Assembly: GCF_006345805.1 (NCBI RefSeq)
Contig: NC_042997.1
Span: 145,080,001 to 145,144,000 of the forward strand
Length of the DNA stretch: 64,000 bases
Direction: 5' to 3'
Source: Octopus sinensis
Lineage: Eukaryota
Both the position numbers and the translations under genes were made by a program. This document shows positions 13,695 through 27,284 of this stretch, piece after piece. Below the pieces are notes generated by a model. The model was not told where the DNA came from. It did not search any database and saw nothing but the letters and a program-made list of their open reading frames with translations. Numbering within the stretch: position 1 is the first letter of the stretch; each line of letters opens with the position of its first letter.

Positions 13695-14075
13695 AGGAGG
13701 CGCAATGGCCCAGTGGTTAGGGCAGCGGACTCGCGGTCATAAGAGCGCGGTTTCGATTCCCAGACCGGGCGTTGAGTGTTTATTGAGCGAAAACACCTAA
13801 AGCTCCACGAGTCTCTGGCAGGGATGGTGGTGATCCCTGCTGTACTCTTTCACCACAACTTTCTCTCACTCTTACTTCCTGTTTCTCTTGTACCTGTATT
13901 TCAAAGGGCCGGCCTTGTCACTCTCTGTGTCACGCTGAATATCCCCGAGAACTACGTTAAGGGTACACGTGTCTGTGGAGTGCTCAGCCACTTACACGTT
14001 AATTTCATGAGCAGGCTGTTCCGTTGATTCGGATCAACCGGAACCCTCATCGTCGCAACCGACGGAGTGCTTCCC
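13695..14075 (+). mobile_element. SINE family C (tRNA head) with RTE-like tail, full length, 11-bp TSD
   Basis: A box tggcccagtggtta, B-box-like ggtttcgattccc; TSD agttgtgaact at 13684-13694 and 14076-14086; tail catcgtcgcaaccgacggagtgc. Confidence 0.9.
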
Positions 14076-15339
14076 AGTTGTGAACTGAATCGATTCAGTT
14101 ATATTAACGACGAAAGTGGATTTGTGACAACAGAAAATGGAACCTTGACCGAAGCTTTCTGTCTCCTGGAGTTTAATTCTTAGTTCGCAATATTCATAGA
14201 GAAAATAAATACAGCGCTACTTTCTGGTATCACTATAAGAACAGCAACTAAATCAATCCCATACATAACTGTTCGTGATTTTGTCCATCACAAGTGTGCG
14301 CATGTGTAAGTAATTTTCATTTCACTCTTTTCTTCGTTTCATTTTTTTTTTTACTTCCTTTAATGCCTTTCTTTCTTTCTTTCTTCCTCCCTTCTTTCCT
14401 TTATTTATTTTGATCTATTTGGATCCCAAAAAAACAGATTTCAGTATTTTGCTCTGAAGTAGCATAGCGCCATTAGTTAAATACGAACAGACGACACTCG
14501 AAAAACAAAACGAAAACAAAAGCAAAATGGTAAAACAGAAACATTATCAATTCGGTCTTTACAATTTCATTCTCAGACACAATGTATAAACCAGTCGAAT
14601 TGTTACGAGAGTCCTAGAGTAGAAGGTAAACACTCTGGGCAAACTGAAACCGAAAGTCGCTCTCGGATCTCGACATAAAAAAAAAGTGCTTGAACGTTAT
14701 AGTATTCTTTAATTGTCTCCCTTATCGAAAGCCGGTTTAGATTCTCAACTGAAGCGACCATCTTAATTCCTTTAAAAAGAAATAAAAAGACATGGATACC
14801 ACAGCATTATATAATTGTCTTCTCTTTTTGAAAAGTAGATTTTGATTCCCGGTTGAATCTGCCATCGTAATTCCTTTAAAAAGAAATAAAACGGCATGAC
14901 CATCACAACATCCTATCATTGTTTCCCTATTATATTCTTACGATTTCATACTGAAGTCAAAAGTCAATATTGAATTCTCAACCAACAAAAATGAGTGAGC
15001 AAATAAATAAGTACATAAATTTTTAAAAAATAAATGTCTTTGAAATAAATGAAAATGATTTGTCGAACCTACTTGGCAGGTTTGGTTTCTTTCGTTTTGG
15101 CACATTATTCTGCAGTAATTCAAAATTTCTGTGTTGCTGAATTAAAATCTATTATAGTATTTGAAAATTGATTTTTCTCTTTAGCTCGAAGCTATTACTA
15201 TTTTTACAACAAATCATACTGCCTTAGTTTAATCACATGCGTCTTTGTTTTAAACGGATTTGCACTGTTGTGCATTTTTGTTTTTTTCTAAAAAAGAAAA
15301 CTGTGCATCGTCGTCGTCATCATCATCATCAGCACTATC

Positions 15340-17760
15340 ATCATCATCATCGTTGTCGCCGTCGTCGTCGTCGTCATTATCATCACCACCACCAACAACA
15401 ACAACATCACTACCACCAACACCTACAAAACCACCATCACCATTATCATCATCATCATCATCGCCAACATCAATGTTATTATGACTAGGCGCAGGCATGG
15501 CTATGTGGTTAAGAAGCTAGCATTGCAACCGCGTGGTTTCGGGTTCAACCCCACTACGCGGCACCTTGTGCAAGTGTCTTCTACTACAGCCTCGGGTCGA
15601 CCAAATCCTTGTGAAAGAATTCGGTGAATGGAAACTGTGTGGAAGTCTGTCGTGTATACGTGTGTGCGTATATGTCTGTGTGTCTTTCTGTCTGCTTTTG
15701 TTCCACCACCACCACCACTTAACAAACGGTATTGGTTTGCTTGTGTCCCCATAACTTAAAAGTTTGGCAATAAAGACAGGTAAAATAAGCTTCGTTCGAC
15801 TAAAAGCCTTCAAGGCGATGCCCCAGCATGGTCGCAGTCCAATGACTGAACCAAGTAAAAGATAAAGTTTACCAGCACCAATAACTCCACCACCACTACC
15901 AACACCGACATAGGCCTTCAAATCAGAGGCGGGAGTGGGGTGGAAGCTGCCACATCCCAACTCACATTCAAACTCGATTGTGGGGAAAATTCGGGCAAAA
16001 GCAAGAAAATAAACAATCGTCGGACAGTGAAAAGAAAAACAAATGGAAAAAAAATTACAGATCAGCAATTACGGGAAATGAATTTAGACAACCAAAATCA
16101 TAAAAAAAAAAACAACCCATCTAAAATTTGTACCGATCATCATCATCATCATCGTCGCCGTCGTCGTCGTCGTCATTATCATCACCACCACCAACAACAA
16201 CAACATCACTACCACCAACACCTACAAAACCACCATCACCATTATCATCATCATCATCGCCAACATCAATGTTATTATGACTAGGCGCAGGCATGGCTAT
16301 GTGGTTAAGAAGCTAGCATTGCAACCGCGTGGTTTCGGGTTCAACCCCACTACGCGGCACCTTGTGCAAGTGTCTTCTACTACAGCCTCGGGTCGACCAA
16401 ATCCTTGTGAAAGAATTCGGTGAATGGAAACTGTGTGGAAGTCTGTCGTGTATACGTGTGTGCGTATATGTCTGTGTGTCTTTCTGTCTGCTTTTGTTCC
16501 ACCACCACCACCACTTAACAAACGGTATTGGTTTGCTTGTGTCCCCATAACTTAAAAGTTTGGCAATAAAGACAGGTAAAATAAGCTTCGTTCGACTAAA
16601 AGCCTTCAAGGCGATGCCCCAGCATGGTCGCAGTCCAATGACTGAACCAAGTAAAAGATAAAGTTTACCAGCACCAATAACTCCACCACCACTACCAACA
16701 CCGACATAGGCCTTCAAATCAGAGGCGGGAGTGGGGTGGAAGCTGCCACATCCCAACTCACATTCAAACTCGATTGTGGGGAAAATTCGGGCAAAAGCAA
16801 GAAAATAAACAATCGTCGGACAGTGAAAAGAAAAACAAATGGAAAAAAAATTACAGATCAGCAATTACGGGAAATGAATTTAGACAACCAAAATCATAAA
16901 AAAAAAAACAACCCATCTAAAATTTGTACCGATCATCATCATCATCATCGTCGCCGTCGTCGTCGTCGTCATTATCATCACCACCACCAACAACAACAAC
17001 ATCACTACCACCAACACCTACAAAACCACCATCACCATTATCATCATCATCATCGCCAACATCAATGTTATTATGACTAGGCGCAGGCATGGCTATGTGG
17101 TTAAGAAGCTAGCATTGCAACCGCGTGGTTTCGGGTTCAACCCCACTACGCGGCACCTTGTGCAAGTGTCTTCTACTACAGCCTCGGGTCGACCAAATCC
17201 TTGTGAAAGAATTCGGTGAATGGAAACTGTGTGGAAGTCTGTCGTGTATACGTGTGTGCGTATATGTCTGTGTCTTTCTGTCTGCTTTTGTTCCACCACC
17301 ACCACCACTTAACAAACGGTATTGGTTTGCTTGTGTCCCCATAACTTAAAAGTTTGGCAATAAAGACAGGTAAAATAAGCTTCGTTCGACTAAAAGCCTT
17401 CAAGGCGATGCCCCAGCATGGTCGCAGTCCAATGACTGAACCAAGTAAAAGATAAAGTTTACCAGCACCAATAACTCCACCACCACCACCACCTCTACCA
17501 CCACTACCAACACCGACATAGGCCTTCAAATCAGAGGCGGGAGTGGGGTGGAAGCTGCCACACCCCAACTCACATTCAAACTCGATTGTGGGGAAAATTC
17601 GGGCAAAAGCAAGAAAATAAACAATCGTCGGACAGTGAAAAGAAAAACAAATGGAAAAAAAATTACAGATCAGCAATTACGGGAAATGAATTTAGACAAC
17701 CAAAATCATAAAAAAAAACAACCCATCTAAAATTTGTACCGATCATCATTATCATCATCG
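15340..17760. repeat. Tandem triplication of a ~796-bp unit containing a family A SINE (15487, 16283, 17079)
   Basis: ORF track repeats at +796 (15501/16297/17093); copies 1 and 2 look identical, copy 3 has small indels and a SNP. Confidence 0.95.
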
Positions 17761-17769
17761 TCATTTCTA

Positions 17770-17965
17770 AGGCAGAATCGTTAGCAGGCCGAGCAAAATG
17801 CTTAGCTGTATTTCGTCTTTCTTTACGTGGTCGACTTGGCTTTTCATCCTTTCGGAGTCAATAAATTAAATGCCAGTGAAACACTGGGGTCGATGTAGTG
17901 CACTAGTCCCCTCCCCCCAAAGTTTCAGGCCTTGTGCCTTTAGTAGAAAGGACTATTACTATTAT
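17770..17965 (+). mobile_element. SINE family B
   Basis: ggcagaatcgttagc...ctttttcatcctttcggagtc...tagtagaaaggactattac. Confidence 0.8.
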
Positions 17966-17978
17966 TATTATTCAATAG

Positions 17979-18310
17979 TTTTAGAGACACGTTGTCATCT
18001 GCCGGTATTGATACACCAATTAGAAAGCATTTTTTTTCTTCATGATCTCTGACAACTATATCTGGTCTGTTGGCCTTAATTTCTCTATCTGTGTGTATCG
18101 ACATATCCCAGAGTATGGTTGCTTTCTCGTTTTCTGTGACCTTTTCTGGTGTGTGCCTATACCATCTTTTTTCTGTTGTTATTCCATAATGTTGGCATAG
18201 CTTCCAGTGTATGTAAGTTCCAACTCTGTCATGTCTGTGAATATATTCCTTCTTAGCCAGGACTAATAATTTATTATTATTATTATTATTATATTATTAT
18301 TATTATTATT

Positions 18311-18402
<92 letters not shown>

Positions 18403-19048
18403 CATTATTATTATTATTATTATTATTATTCATTAGTTTTATTTTTATAGTGTGCTTTCACTTCACTACCGAGCGCAGCTCTGTGTGCCTTGGGTATGTG
18501 CTGTGATTTGTTGTGATGCTCTGGTGGTTATTGTATGGAAAGTGTTCTGCGTAGGATGTGTGCAGTGCCTAGTAGTGCAATTTTCTGTATGTTATATGTG
18601 TTTGTAAGTCCTGGTGTTTTTGTTATGTATTTGTCTGAATATTTTTTTATCATGCCTAATGCACCTACTATGATAGGAATTGTTTCTGTTTTTAGATTCC
18701 ACATTCTGGTTACCTCTATTTCCAGGTCTTTGCATTTTGAAAGTTTCTCCATTTCTTTTAGAGACACGTTGTCATCTGCCGGTATTGATACATCAATTAG
18801 AAAGCATTTTTTTTTCATGATCTCTGACAACTATATCTGGTCTGTTGGCCTTAATTTCTCTATCTGTGTGTATCGGCATATCCCAGAGTATGGTTGCTTT
18901 CTCGTTTTCTGTGACCTTTTCTGATGTGTGCCTATACCATCTTTTTTCTGTTGTTATTCCATAATGTTGGCATAGCTTCCAGTATATGTAGGTTCCAACT
19001 CTGTCATATCTGTGAATATATTCCTTCTTAACCAGGACTAATAATTTA

Positions 19049-19131
<83 letters not shown>

Positions 19132-19176
19132 GTTGTTGTTGTTGTTATTATTATTATCATTATTATTATATTATTA

Positions 19177-19214
<38 letters not shown>

Positions 19215-19820
19215 TTAGTTTTATTTTATAGTGTGCTTTCACTTCACTACCGACGCAGCTCTGTGTGCCTTGGGTATGTGCTGTGATTTGTGTGATGCTC
19301 TGGTGGTTATTGTATGGAAAGTGTTCTGCGTAGGATGTGTGCAGTGCCTAGTAGTGCAATTTTCTGTATGTTATATGTGTTTGTAAGTCCTGGTGTTTTT
19401 GTTATGTATTTGTCTGAATATTTTTTTATCATGCCTAATGCACCTACTATGATAGGAATTGTTTCTGTTTTTAGATTCCACATTCTGGTTACCTCTATTT
19501 CCAGGTCTTTGCATTTTGAAAGTTTCTCCATTTCTTTTAGAGACACGTTTCATCTGCCGGTATTGATACATCAATTAGAAAGCATATTTTTTTTCATGAT
19601 CTCTGACAACTATATCTGGTCTGTTGGCCTTAATTTCTCTATCTGTGTGTATCGGCATATCCCAGAGTATGGTTGCTTTCTCGTTTTCTGTGACCTTTTC
19701 TGATGTGTGCCTATACCATCTTTTTTCTGTTGTTATTCCATAATGTTGGCATAGCTTCCAGTATATGTAGGTTCCAACTCTGTCATATCTGTGAATATAT
19801 TCCTTCTTAACCAGGACTAA
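17979..19820 (-). mobile_element. Three tandem 5'-truncated R4/Dong-like LINE 3' ends (RLE domain) in (TAA)n/(CAA)n: 17979-18266 partial, 18432-19040, 19212-19820
   Basis: Peptide 'RPDIVV...CFLIDVSIPADDNVSLKEMEKLSK.KDLEIEVTRMW.LKTETIPIIVGALG' is a PD-(D/E)xK restriction-like endonuclease; the 3' end runs into TAA repeats, the known Dong target. Confidence 0.9.
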
Positions 19821-19836
19821 TAATTTATTATTATTA

Positions 19837-19874
<38 letters not shown>

Positions 19875-19929
19875 GTTGTTGTTGTTGTTGTTGTTGTTGT
19901 TCTTGTTCTTGTTCTTGTTCTTGTTGTTG

Positions 19930-19984
<55 letters not shown>

Positions 19985-19998
19985 CAACATTATTAATA

Positions 19999-20640
19999 AG
20001 GCGGCAAGCTGGTAGAATCTTTAGAACGGCAGGCGAAATGCTTAGCGGTTTTTCGTCTGCCGTTACGTTCTTAGTTCAAATTCCGCCGAAGTCGAGTTTG
20101 CCTTTCATCCTTTCGGGGTCGATGAATTAAGTACCAGTTACGCACTGGGTCGATGTAATCGACTTAATCCGTTTGTCTGTCCTTGTTTGTCCTCTCTGTG
20201 TTTAGCCCCTTGTGGGTAGTAAAGAAATAGGTATTTCGTCTGTGCTACGTTCTGAGTTCAAATTCCGCCGAGGTCAACTTTGCCTTTCATCATTTCAGGG
20301 TCGATAAATTAAGTACCAGTGAAACACTGGGATCGATGTAATCAACTAGTCCCCTACCCCAAATTTCAGGCCTTGTGCCTATAGTAGAAAGGATTATTAT
20401 CAATATCAACATTATCATTATTAAGGCGGCAAGCTGGCAGAATTGTTAGCACGACGGGTAAACGCCTTGTGACATTCTGTCTGTCACCACATTCTGAGTT
20501 CTAATTCCGCCGAGGTTGACTTTAACTTTCGTCCTCTCGGAATCGATAAACTAAGTACCTATTGAGCACTGAATTCGATGTAACAGAGTTGCTTCTACCC
20601 CCGAATTTACTGGACTCGTGCCAAAATTTGAAACCATAAT
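19999..20640 (+). mobile_element. SINE family B cluster (internally duplicated copy 19999-20400, second copy 20424-20640)
   Basis: ggcggcaagctggcagaa..ttag; gagttcaaattccgccgaggtcgactttgcctttcatcctttcggggtcgataaattaagtaccag (Meta-domain-like from memory). Confidence 0.85.
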
Positions 20641-20890
20641 TAAATTTTTTTCTCCAAAGTATAAACCTAACATTCATATTTCTCCGAGTTATCTTCCTTG
20701 TTATACTCCAGTCGCATTTTCATTGATTACAGAAACCCCTATAGCATTCCTATCATTCTCTATTTAGTTTGTGATATAACAATGTTCGCACAACCTCTGG
20801 TGATGGGAAATTCAATACGACTCATTCTGAAAGTTAATTGATAATAGCCATCGAGCAGCGCTCTACGCTTTACTCCCTCTCTACTCTATC

Positions 20891-20944
<54 letters not shown>

Positions 20945-21004
20945 CTCTCTCTCTCTCTCTCTCCCTCTCCCTTAATTTATGTTCTGTTTTTGCCTTAAAG
21001 CAAA

Positions 21005-21192
21005 TACGACGTTGGAAGCCTAATTAATTGATGTATAAATCCCGAGATTGCGTCTCTGACAAACGTACAGTGTATTTAAAAAATCACAGAAATATATTGC
21101 TACTTATATATTTCTGTATCTTTTAACACTGTACGTCTATAAGAGATGGTACCTCCGGACATATACCGCAGTTAATTCGGCTTTCAACGTTG
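21005..21192. repeat. Imperfect ~190-bp hairpin/foldback
   Basis: acgtacagtg/cactgtacgt, acagaaatata/tatatttctgt and acgttggaagcc/ggctttcaacgt pair in register. Confidence 0.75.
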
Positions 21193-21375
21193 GATCTACC
21201 TTAGGTATGATAAGCAGAATGCTAATTTAAACTAGTACTGTTTCTGGCGCACATACAGACTTTTTTTCTGTTCTTATTGCATACTAGAATTCAAATTGTT
21301 TGTCTCTAATTTACATTATTTACATTTGACGGATATTTGTCCAAGTTCGATTCCAGGCAGTGACCTGAATAATAA

Positions 21376-21469
<94 letters not shown>

Positions 21470-21544
21470 TATATACATATATATATACATATATATATAT
21501 ATAATCATATATATATATACCATTATTATATAATATATATATAT

Positions 21545-22683
21545 TGTTACGAGGGGACCTCCGTCGAACGAAAGCTGTTACGGAATCCCTCACACAGGCC
21601 CATTCGATGAGCGAATGTTCGTCACGGAAACTCGGAGAGGAGACAGACAACAACAACTACAGCCGCCGCAAGAAGAAGACACAAAGTGGCAAGGCAATTG
21701 GCTTACATTTAACAACTAGTTTATGACAATCAATTGTTACAGCATCAATTACATTTCAGATACATTTAAAAGAGGACATGCAAGTAACAACTCAATACAT
21801 CATACAGGTATACCACAGATCAAAGCATTTAAACTGTCCGGTAATAACACCTCAAGTTCAATAACAACAGCATTTCAAGAGTACACGTCGAATTAAACAA
21901 CAAGTCAATACATCATACCATAGATCAAAGCATTTAAACTGTCCGGAGACAACAGTTCTATTTCAAAACACATTAAAGGCATATACAATGTTCGTAGACA
22001 AATAAGTTCACGTTACAAATCAATGTTCAATTAACAACAGTTCACATTGTTCATTAAATTCCTTTTTAACAACTCTGTACACAATGTCTTTACACATTTC
22101 AATACATCGCTCTTTTCACTGTCTCATTTCTTTTCAACAGTCTCTTTGCATCGATTCTTTTTCCTTCTTTTTCTTCACATATCAATACACAATTCACGTA
22201 CCTTACATTAGCCAACGCCTCATATTGTAGTTCCTCTCTATCAGCCGCCTATTCCCCTGTATATATCTCACTCTGTCCCAATACTCCAAACCGCCGACTG
22301 CTTGCCCTGAATTCCAAATACTGACCGCTAAATCCAACTTGCCAACCGCCTGCCCTGAACTCCAAATACCGACTGCCAAAACCTCTTGCTCTCTCACCAC
22401 CCCCAATCTCCCTTAGCACTGCTAATATTCTCTCTATCGCCGCTTGGCCCTATCTGCCTGTCTTCCTCTCTTAATCTACAGTCATCTATCATGACAGCTC
22501 CCAGATTCCGTACTCTGTCTTCCTCGGCCCTCACATGTCTCTCACTGTCTCTCACAAACCGAACTGCCTACTTAAGGGGGCAGCCCTCCCAATGAACCCT
22601 AATTCACCCGAAGGGGTCGGGGAGTTTCCAAACCAGCAAAGTAGGTCACAGCCAACTGTCCTTAGATTGAACCATTCATAGCA
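21545..22683. mobile_element. Probable solo LTR (~1.14 kb) inserted in (TA)n
   Basis: Termini TGTTACG...CATAGCA (TG...CA, imperfect inverted repeat), atat on both sides, non-coding, internal tandem duplications (21816/21920; ~36-bp units at 22280-22385). Confidence 0.6.
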
Positions 22684-22819
22684 ATATATATATATATATA
22701 ATTATTAGTATAAGGAACAGAGATAAAAATTTGCGTATTGAACTCATTTGCTTTTGTATTTCATGTTGTTTACTGTTGGTGACGTCCTGTGCCCATATAT
22801 GCATGTGCATATATGTGTG

Positions 22820-22889
<70 letters not shown>

Positions 22890-22945
22890 ATATTATTATT
22901 TGATTGAACGCCACGTATCCATTTCCAAGTAAGTTTATCTTTATA

Positions 22946-23009
<64 letters not shown>

Positions 23010-23018
23010 GAGAGTGAG

Positions 23019-23059
<41 letters not shown>

Positions 23060-23078
23060 TATAGATAGATAGATGCAT

Positions 23079-23172
<94 letters not shown>

Positions 23173-23214
23173 GAGCGTTAGTACGTATATGCATGTATAT
23201 ATGAACAACCATCT

Positions 23215-23660
23215 GTGTGTACGTATAGGCCGATTCTTAAAGGTCAGCTAAGAACAATTGCATGTGAAACCAACTATGAAGAACAAATCAACAGTACAAA
23301 GAAATCAAATGTCAATCCCTTTAAGATGGCAACCACTTTAACAGTAGCAGAATCACGATCCCATTACATCGACACATTCAAAGGAGTTTGCCGGCGGTCC
23401 TTCAGCAACAACACACCTTGATATAAACTCAGTGACTACTACTAAATTCAGAACACGACAAAGAGGATGCTTTTGAAACAGAGAATTCGAACTTATGGAG
23501 ACAATATTTAGATATCGCCTGAGGAAACACAACTAGACCTCATAATGCAAGGAAATGGTTCCCTATTCGAGTACTTGAACGCCTGGAGAAGTACCTTGCG
23601 TAGAAACAATTGTAGCGATTGAAAATAAATGTCTAACCGTACTGTTTCTTGTTGACTCCA
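23215..23660 (+). mobile_element. Decayed Penelope-like element 3' end: GIY-YIG endonuclease remnant, then hammerhead motif and AATAAA
   Basis: Frameshifted VY(V)G.....RQLRT..(C)E-like motif at ~23217-23270, then 'AE...H.ID.F'; HHR at 23580-23617. Confidence 0.5.
23580..23617 (+). ncRNA. Type-I hammerhead ribozyme motif, damaged (CUGGAGA; stem II shortened)
   Basis: cgc CTGGAGA a gtac cttgc gta GAAAC aatt GTA gcg: stem I cgc/gcg, palindromic CAATTG in stem III, GUA site. Confidence 0.65.
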
Positions 23661-24371
23661 ATTTTTTTCAATTATCTATTCGCACACGAGAGAAGCCTAA
23701 ACGCAAACTTGAGAATAAGTATAATACTATTACTGGATAGTACAGGGTGAAATCTGAAGGTGTATTCTACTACGTTTTTAACAGAATATACCATCACACA
23801 CACACACATAAAAACACGTACACGCGCATGATCACATACACAAACATACAAACACATGCAGACACGCATCATGTTTGGGTGTGTGTATGGATCTTTTCAG
23901 TTTGTGTCAGATTTTTTGATTATCTTTTTTAAATAAACAGTTAAAACTTCGTATACTGGTGTAATTTCTCACGCTGAACACGGTTTACTTTCAACATTTT
24001 TTACAAAATTACGTATATATATTCAGCCCCAGAACTTTCTCGTAAGGATCAGAATGATAGTGGGATAATGAAATATAAATGTGTGTGTTCGTATGTGTCT
24101 GTGTATGTGTGTGTTCTGTGCATGCCTGTGTGTGCGTCTGCATTTGCGTGTATATATATATATGTGTGTGTCTGTGCGCGCACGCGTTCGTCTGAGTATG
24201 CACATGAGTGTCTGCATATTTGTAACTTATGATGTGTAACCGTATGTGTTTGTGTGCTTGTGTATGTGATTATGCGCGTCTATGTGTTTTTATGTGTGTT
24301 TGTGTGGTGTATGTGAGTGTATGTGTATTTGTATGTGTCTGTGTGCGTTTGTGAATGTTTGGGTATGTGTA

Positions 24372-24823
24372 TGGGTCTCTTCAGTTTGGTTCACAGATTT
24401 TTTATTATTTTTTGTAACTAAACTGTTCGAAACTTCGTATACTGGTGTAATTTCTCACGCTGAACACGGTTTACTTTCAACATTTTTGACAAAATTTCGT
24501 ATTTTAAAATTTATTTCGTGTTAAAGTTGTCGTATTTGGGTAATTTTAACCAATTACCTGAAATGACCCAGAAGTTGTTGCTCTTCGATTACTATCGCAA
24601 ACAGCAGTACGTTTCTTCAGCTGAATACACATCACTGATTGGTTAAAATTATCCAAATACGACAACTTTAACACGAAATAACTTCTAAAATATGAAATGT
24701 TGCCAAAAAATATTGAAAGTAAACCGTGGTCAGCGTGAGAAATTACACCAGTATACGTAAGTTTCAAACTGTTTAGTTACAAAAAAGTAATTTTAAAATC
24801 TGTAAGCCAAAATGTGGAGATCC
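24372..24823. mobile_element. MITE with ~180-bp terminal inverted repeats and ~80-bp spacer (partial left arm also at 23889-24015)
   Basis: cgtatactggtgtaatttctcacgctga.cacggtttactttcaa mirrored by ttgaaagtaaaccgtg.tcagcgtgagaaattacaccagtatacg; termini gg(g/a)tct...agatcc. Confidence 0.85.
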
Positions 24824-25344
24824 GTGTGTATGCATATGTGTGGTGTTATGTGCGTGCGTGCATGCGTATCAGAGACTTCTGTATGTTTTGTGAGACGTGG
24901 ATTTAAAGCTGTAAACTTTATGACCAAGGCGTATACATAAACAATACGTATTTATAGAAGACCAGCAGTTAGCCACACATTCAACGCTTTCTACTCCAAG
25001 CAACTAGTGTTTTCCAAATGAAAAAAATAAAATGGTCAATACAGCTAAGCAATATTGCCGTCGCAGAGATGTCCGTCAGACTGCAATGAGATGGCAAAAA
25101 TGCAGTGAGGTTTCTTGTTTGACGCTCTAACAACTAAGCCAATGCACTATCAGCTCGAATAAATGAAGAATGAGCTTTGGAGGCATTGAAAGTGTCTGAG
25201 CGCAGATAAATATCGTAAGACGTTCCATTCCGCTAATATAAATGTATGTATGTATGTATGTATGTATGTATGTATGTATGTATGTATGTATGTATGTATG
25301 TATGTATGTATGTATGTATGTATGTGTTTCTATTATTATTATTA

Positions 25345-25395
<51 letters not shown>

Positions 25396-25950
25396 GAGTG
25401 AGAGAGCAGTTCATGCCATCAAAGTGACACTGGGGTAAAATATACGAAGCCCAATATACCCATCATGACTACCCGTCTGATGAGGGTACACCAGGCACAT
25501 GCATCACAACCATATGTGCGCGACATGGTGATCTCATATCAAGATAAACAGCACATGACCTTGCAGGCGAGGCCCAGTTAGAATTTTCTTCAGGTTGAGT
25601 AGCCCATCCCGCTCAAAAGGTCCCTGAATAAGGGTTGTTTAAGGATGTTGAAAGAACCACCCATGTTTCCAAAGTGAATTATTCCAACCCCAAAGAATCC
25701 CTCTCAACGCATGGCTATGATGCTCCCCACTACTTCTGCTCGTGATCAGAGATGCACATATCGTCAGCCACTAAGGGACATGCTCAACTGGTTAAGGTCA
25801 AACAACTGACAAGCAAATCTGTGGTATTGAGCAGAATATTTGCTGTAGCCCATCTTTTATACCAAGACAAAACAATGTACATGATAACACTTCCAATCAG
25901 TTAAGATCAGAAGCCATGAGAGCCACTGCCTGATACTGCATCAGGGCATT
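25396..25950. mobile_element. ~555-bp non-coding interspersed element embedded in (TAT)n
   Basis: Sharp boundaries inside a TAT tract, balanced composition, terminal hairpin tgcctgat-actgc-atcagggca. Confidence 0.6.
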
Positions 25951-25990
25951 TATTATTATTATTATTATTATCATTAATATTTTATTATTA

Positions 25991-26025
<35 letters not shown>

Positions 26026-26779
26026 TATTTATTATCATATTAATATTATTATTTTATTATTATTATATTATTATTATTATATTATTAGTATTATTATTAT
26101 TATTATTATTATTATATTATTATTATTATCATTATTAATATTATTATTATTATTATTATTATATTATTATTATTATTATTATATCATTATTATTATTATT
26201 ATCATTATTAATATTATTTTATTATTATATTATTATTATTATTTTATTATTATTATTATTATTATATTATTATTATCATTATAATATTATTATTATTATT
26301 ATTTTATTATATTATTATTATTATTATTATTAGTCGAGCGCAATTACCGTTGATATATATTTTTTGTTTTGTGTTAGTTGGATATGCATATGCTATACAT
26401 AAAAACACACGCACACACATACACGCGCGTGTATGTGTTTATGTAAGTATGTGTATGTGTATATGCATATACATACAAAAATATACATAGACATACATAT
26501 ATATGTGTGTGTGTATATATGTGTCCATATATATATATATATGCGTACGTGTATGCATATACACGCACGTATATATTCATATACATATACATCTAGTACA
26601 CATAGTATATGTATGTGTGTATGTGTACGTATGTATGTATGTATGTATCTATACACATACACACAAACACACACACTCACATACACACGCATAGAACTTA
26701 CGTATAACTTGGAGAGACTATGTTAATGATGATGAAATTTTGGCGTAAGCAAATGATAAGTATAGATTCTCTCTTTCAA

Positions 26780-27284
26780 CATAACATACTGAGATGGACA
26801 GGTTGTATAATTCGAAGGCGAAAAAATATTGGAGCAGGCCATCCACAAGCCGAAACGAGGAACCGATTGAGAAGGCCTTGTGTATAGTTATGGAAGACCG
26901 TCGTGAAACAATCCAGGAAAGTGGGAACAAGCACGAGATCAGTATGTTCCCTTTTAACGGAGCATTTGTGCTTGCAGAGAGTGTCGGCGAAAAATTAGAC
27001 AGGATACTTGAACGTACCCCCTAATCCAACTTTCCTAGTCAAGAACAACATACCGCTTGTTCGACAGACTCCCTACTCACCCAACTTGGGAGAGAAAATT
27101 TTGAGAAAAGTGACTGCAGAGCTCCATAGCTTTCTAGAGGTGTTACTATAAGGCAGAACCACTGGGAGAAGTATGTGAACTACCAAGGGGAATATTTTGA
27201 AAGGGATTAAATAAACTTTGTGAAATGTACAAAATTGTCTTTTTTATGCTCAGAGATCAAATTATTCTTTTAACACACCTCGTA
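26780..27284 (+). mobile_element. Internally deleted mariner remnant
   Basis: 'SRPSTSRNEEPIEK....MEDRR.TIQE' (GRP/HTH linker), C-terminal 'WEKYVNYQGEYFE', right end cacacctcgTA. Confidence 0.7.

Noticed and set aside
13696-13772. Functional tRNA gene
   Set aside because: It is a SINE head continuing into a body and tail with a TSD; no closed acceptor stem. The same applies to 36204 and 56236.
25470-25495. Hammerhead at CTGATGA
   Set aside because: No stem II followed by GAAA downstream.
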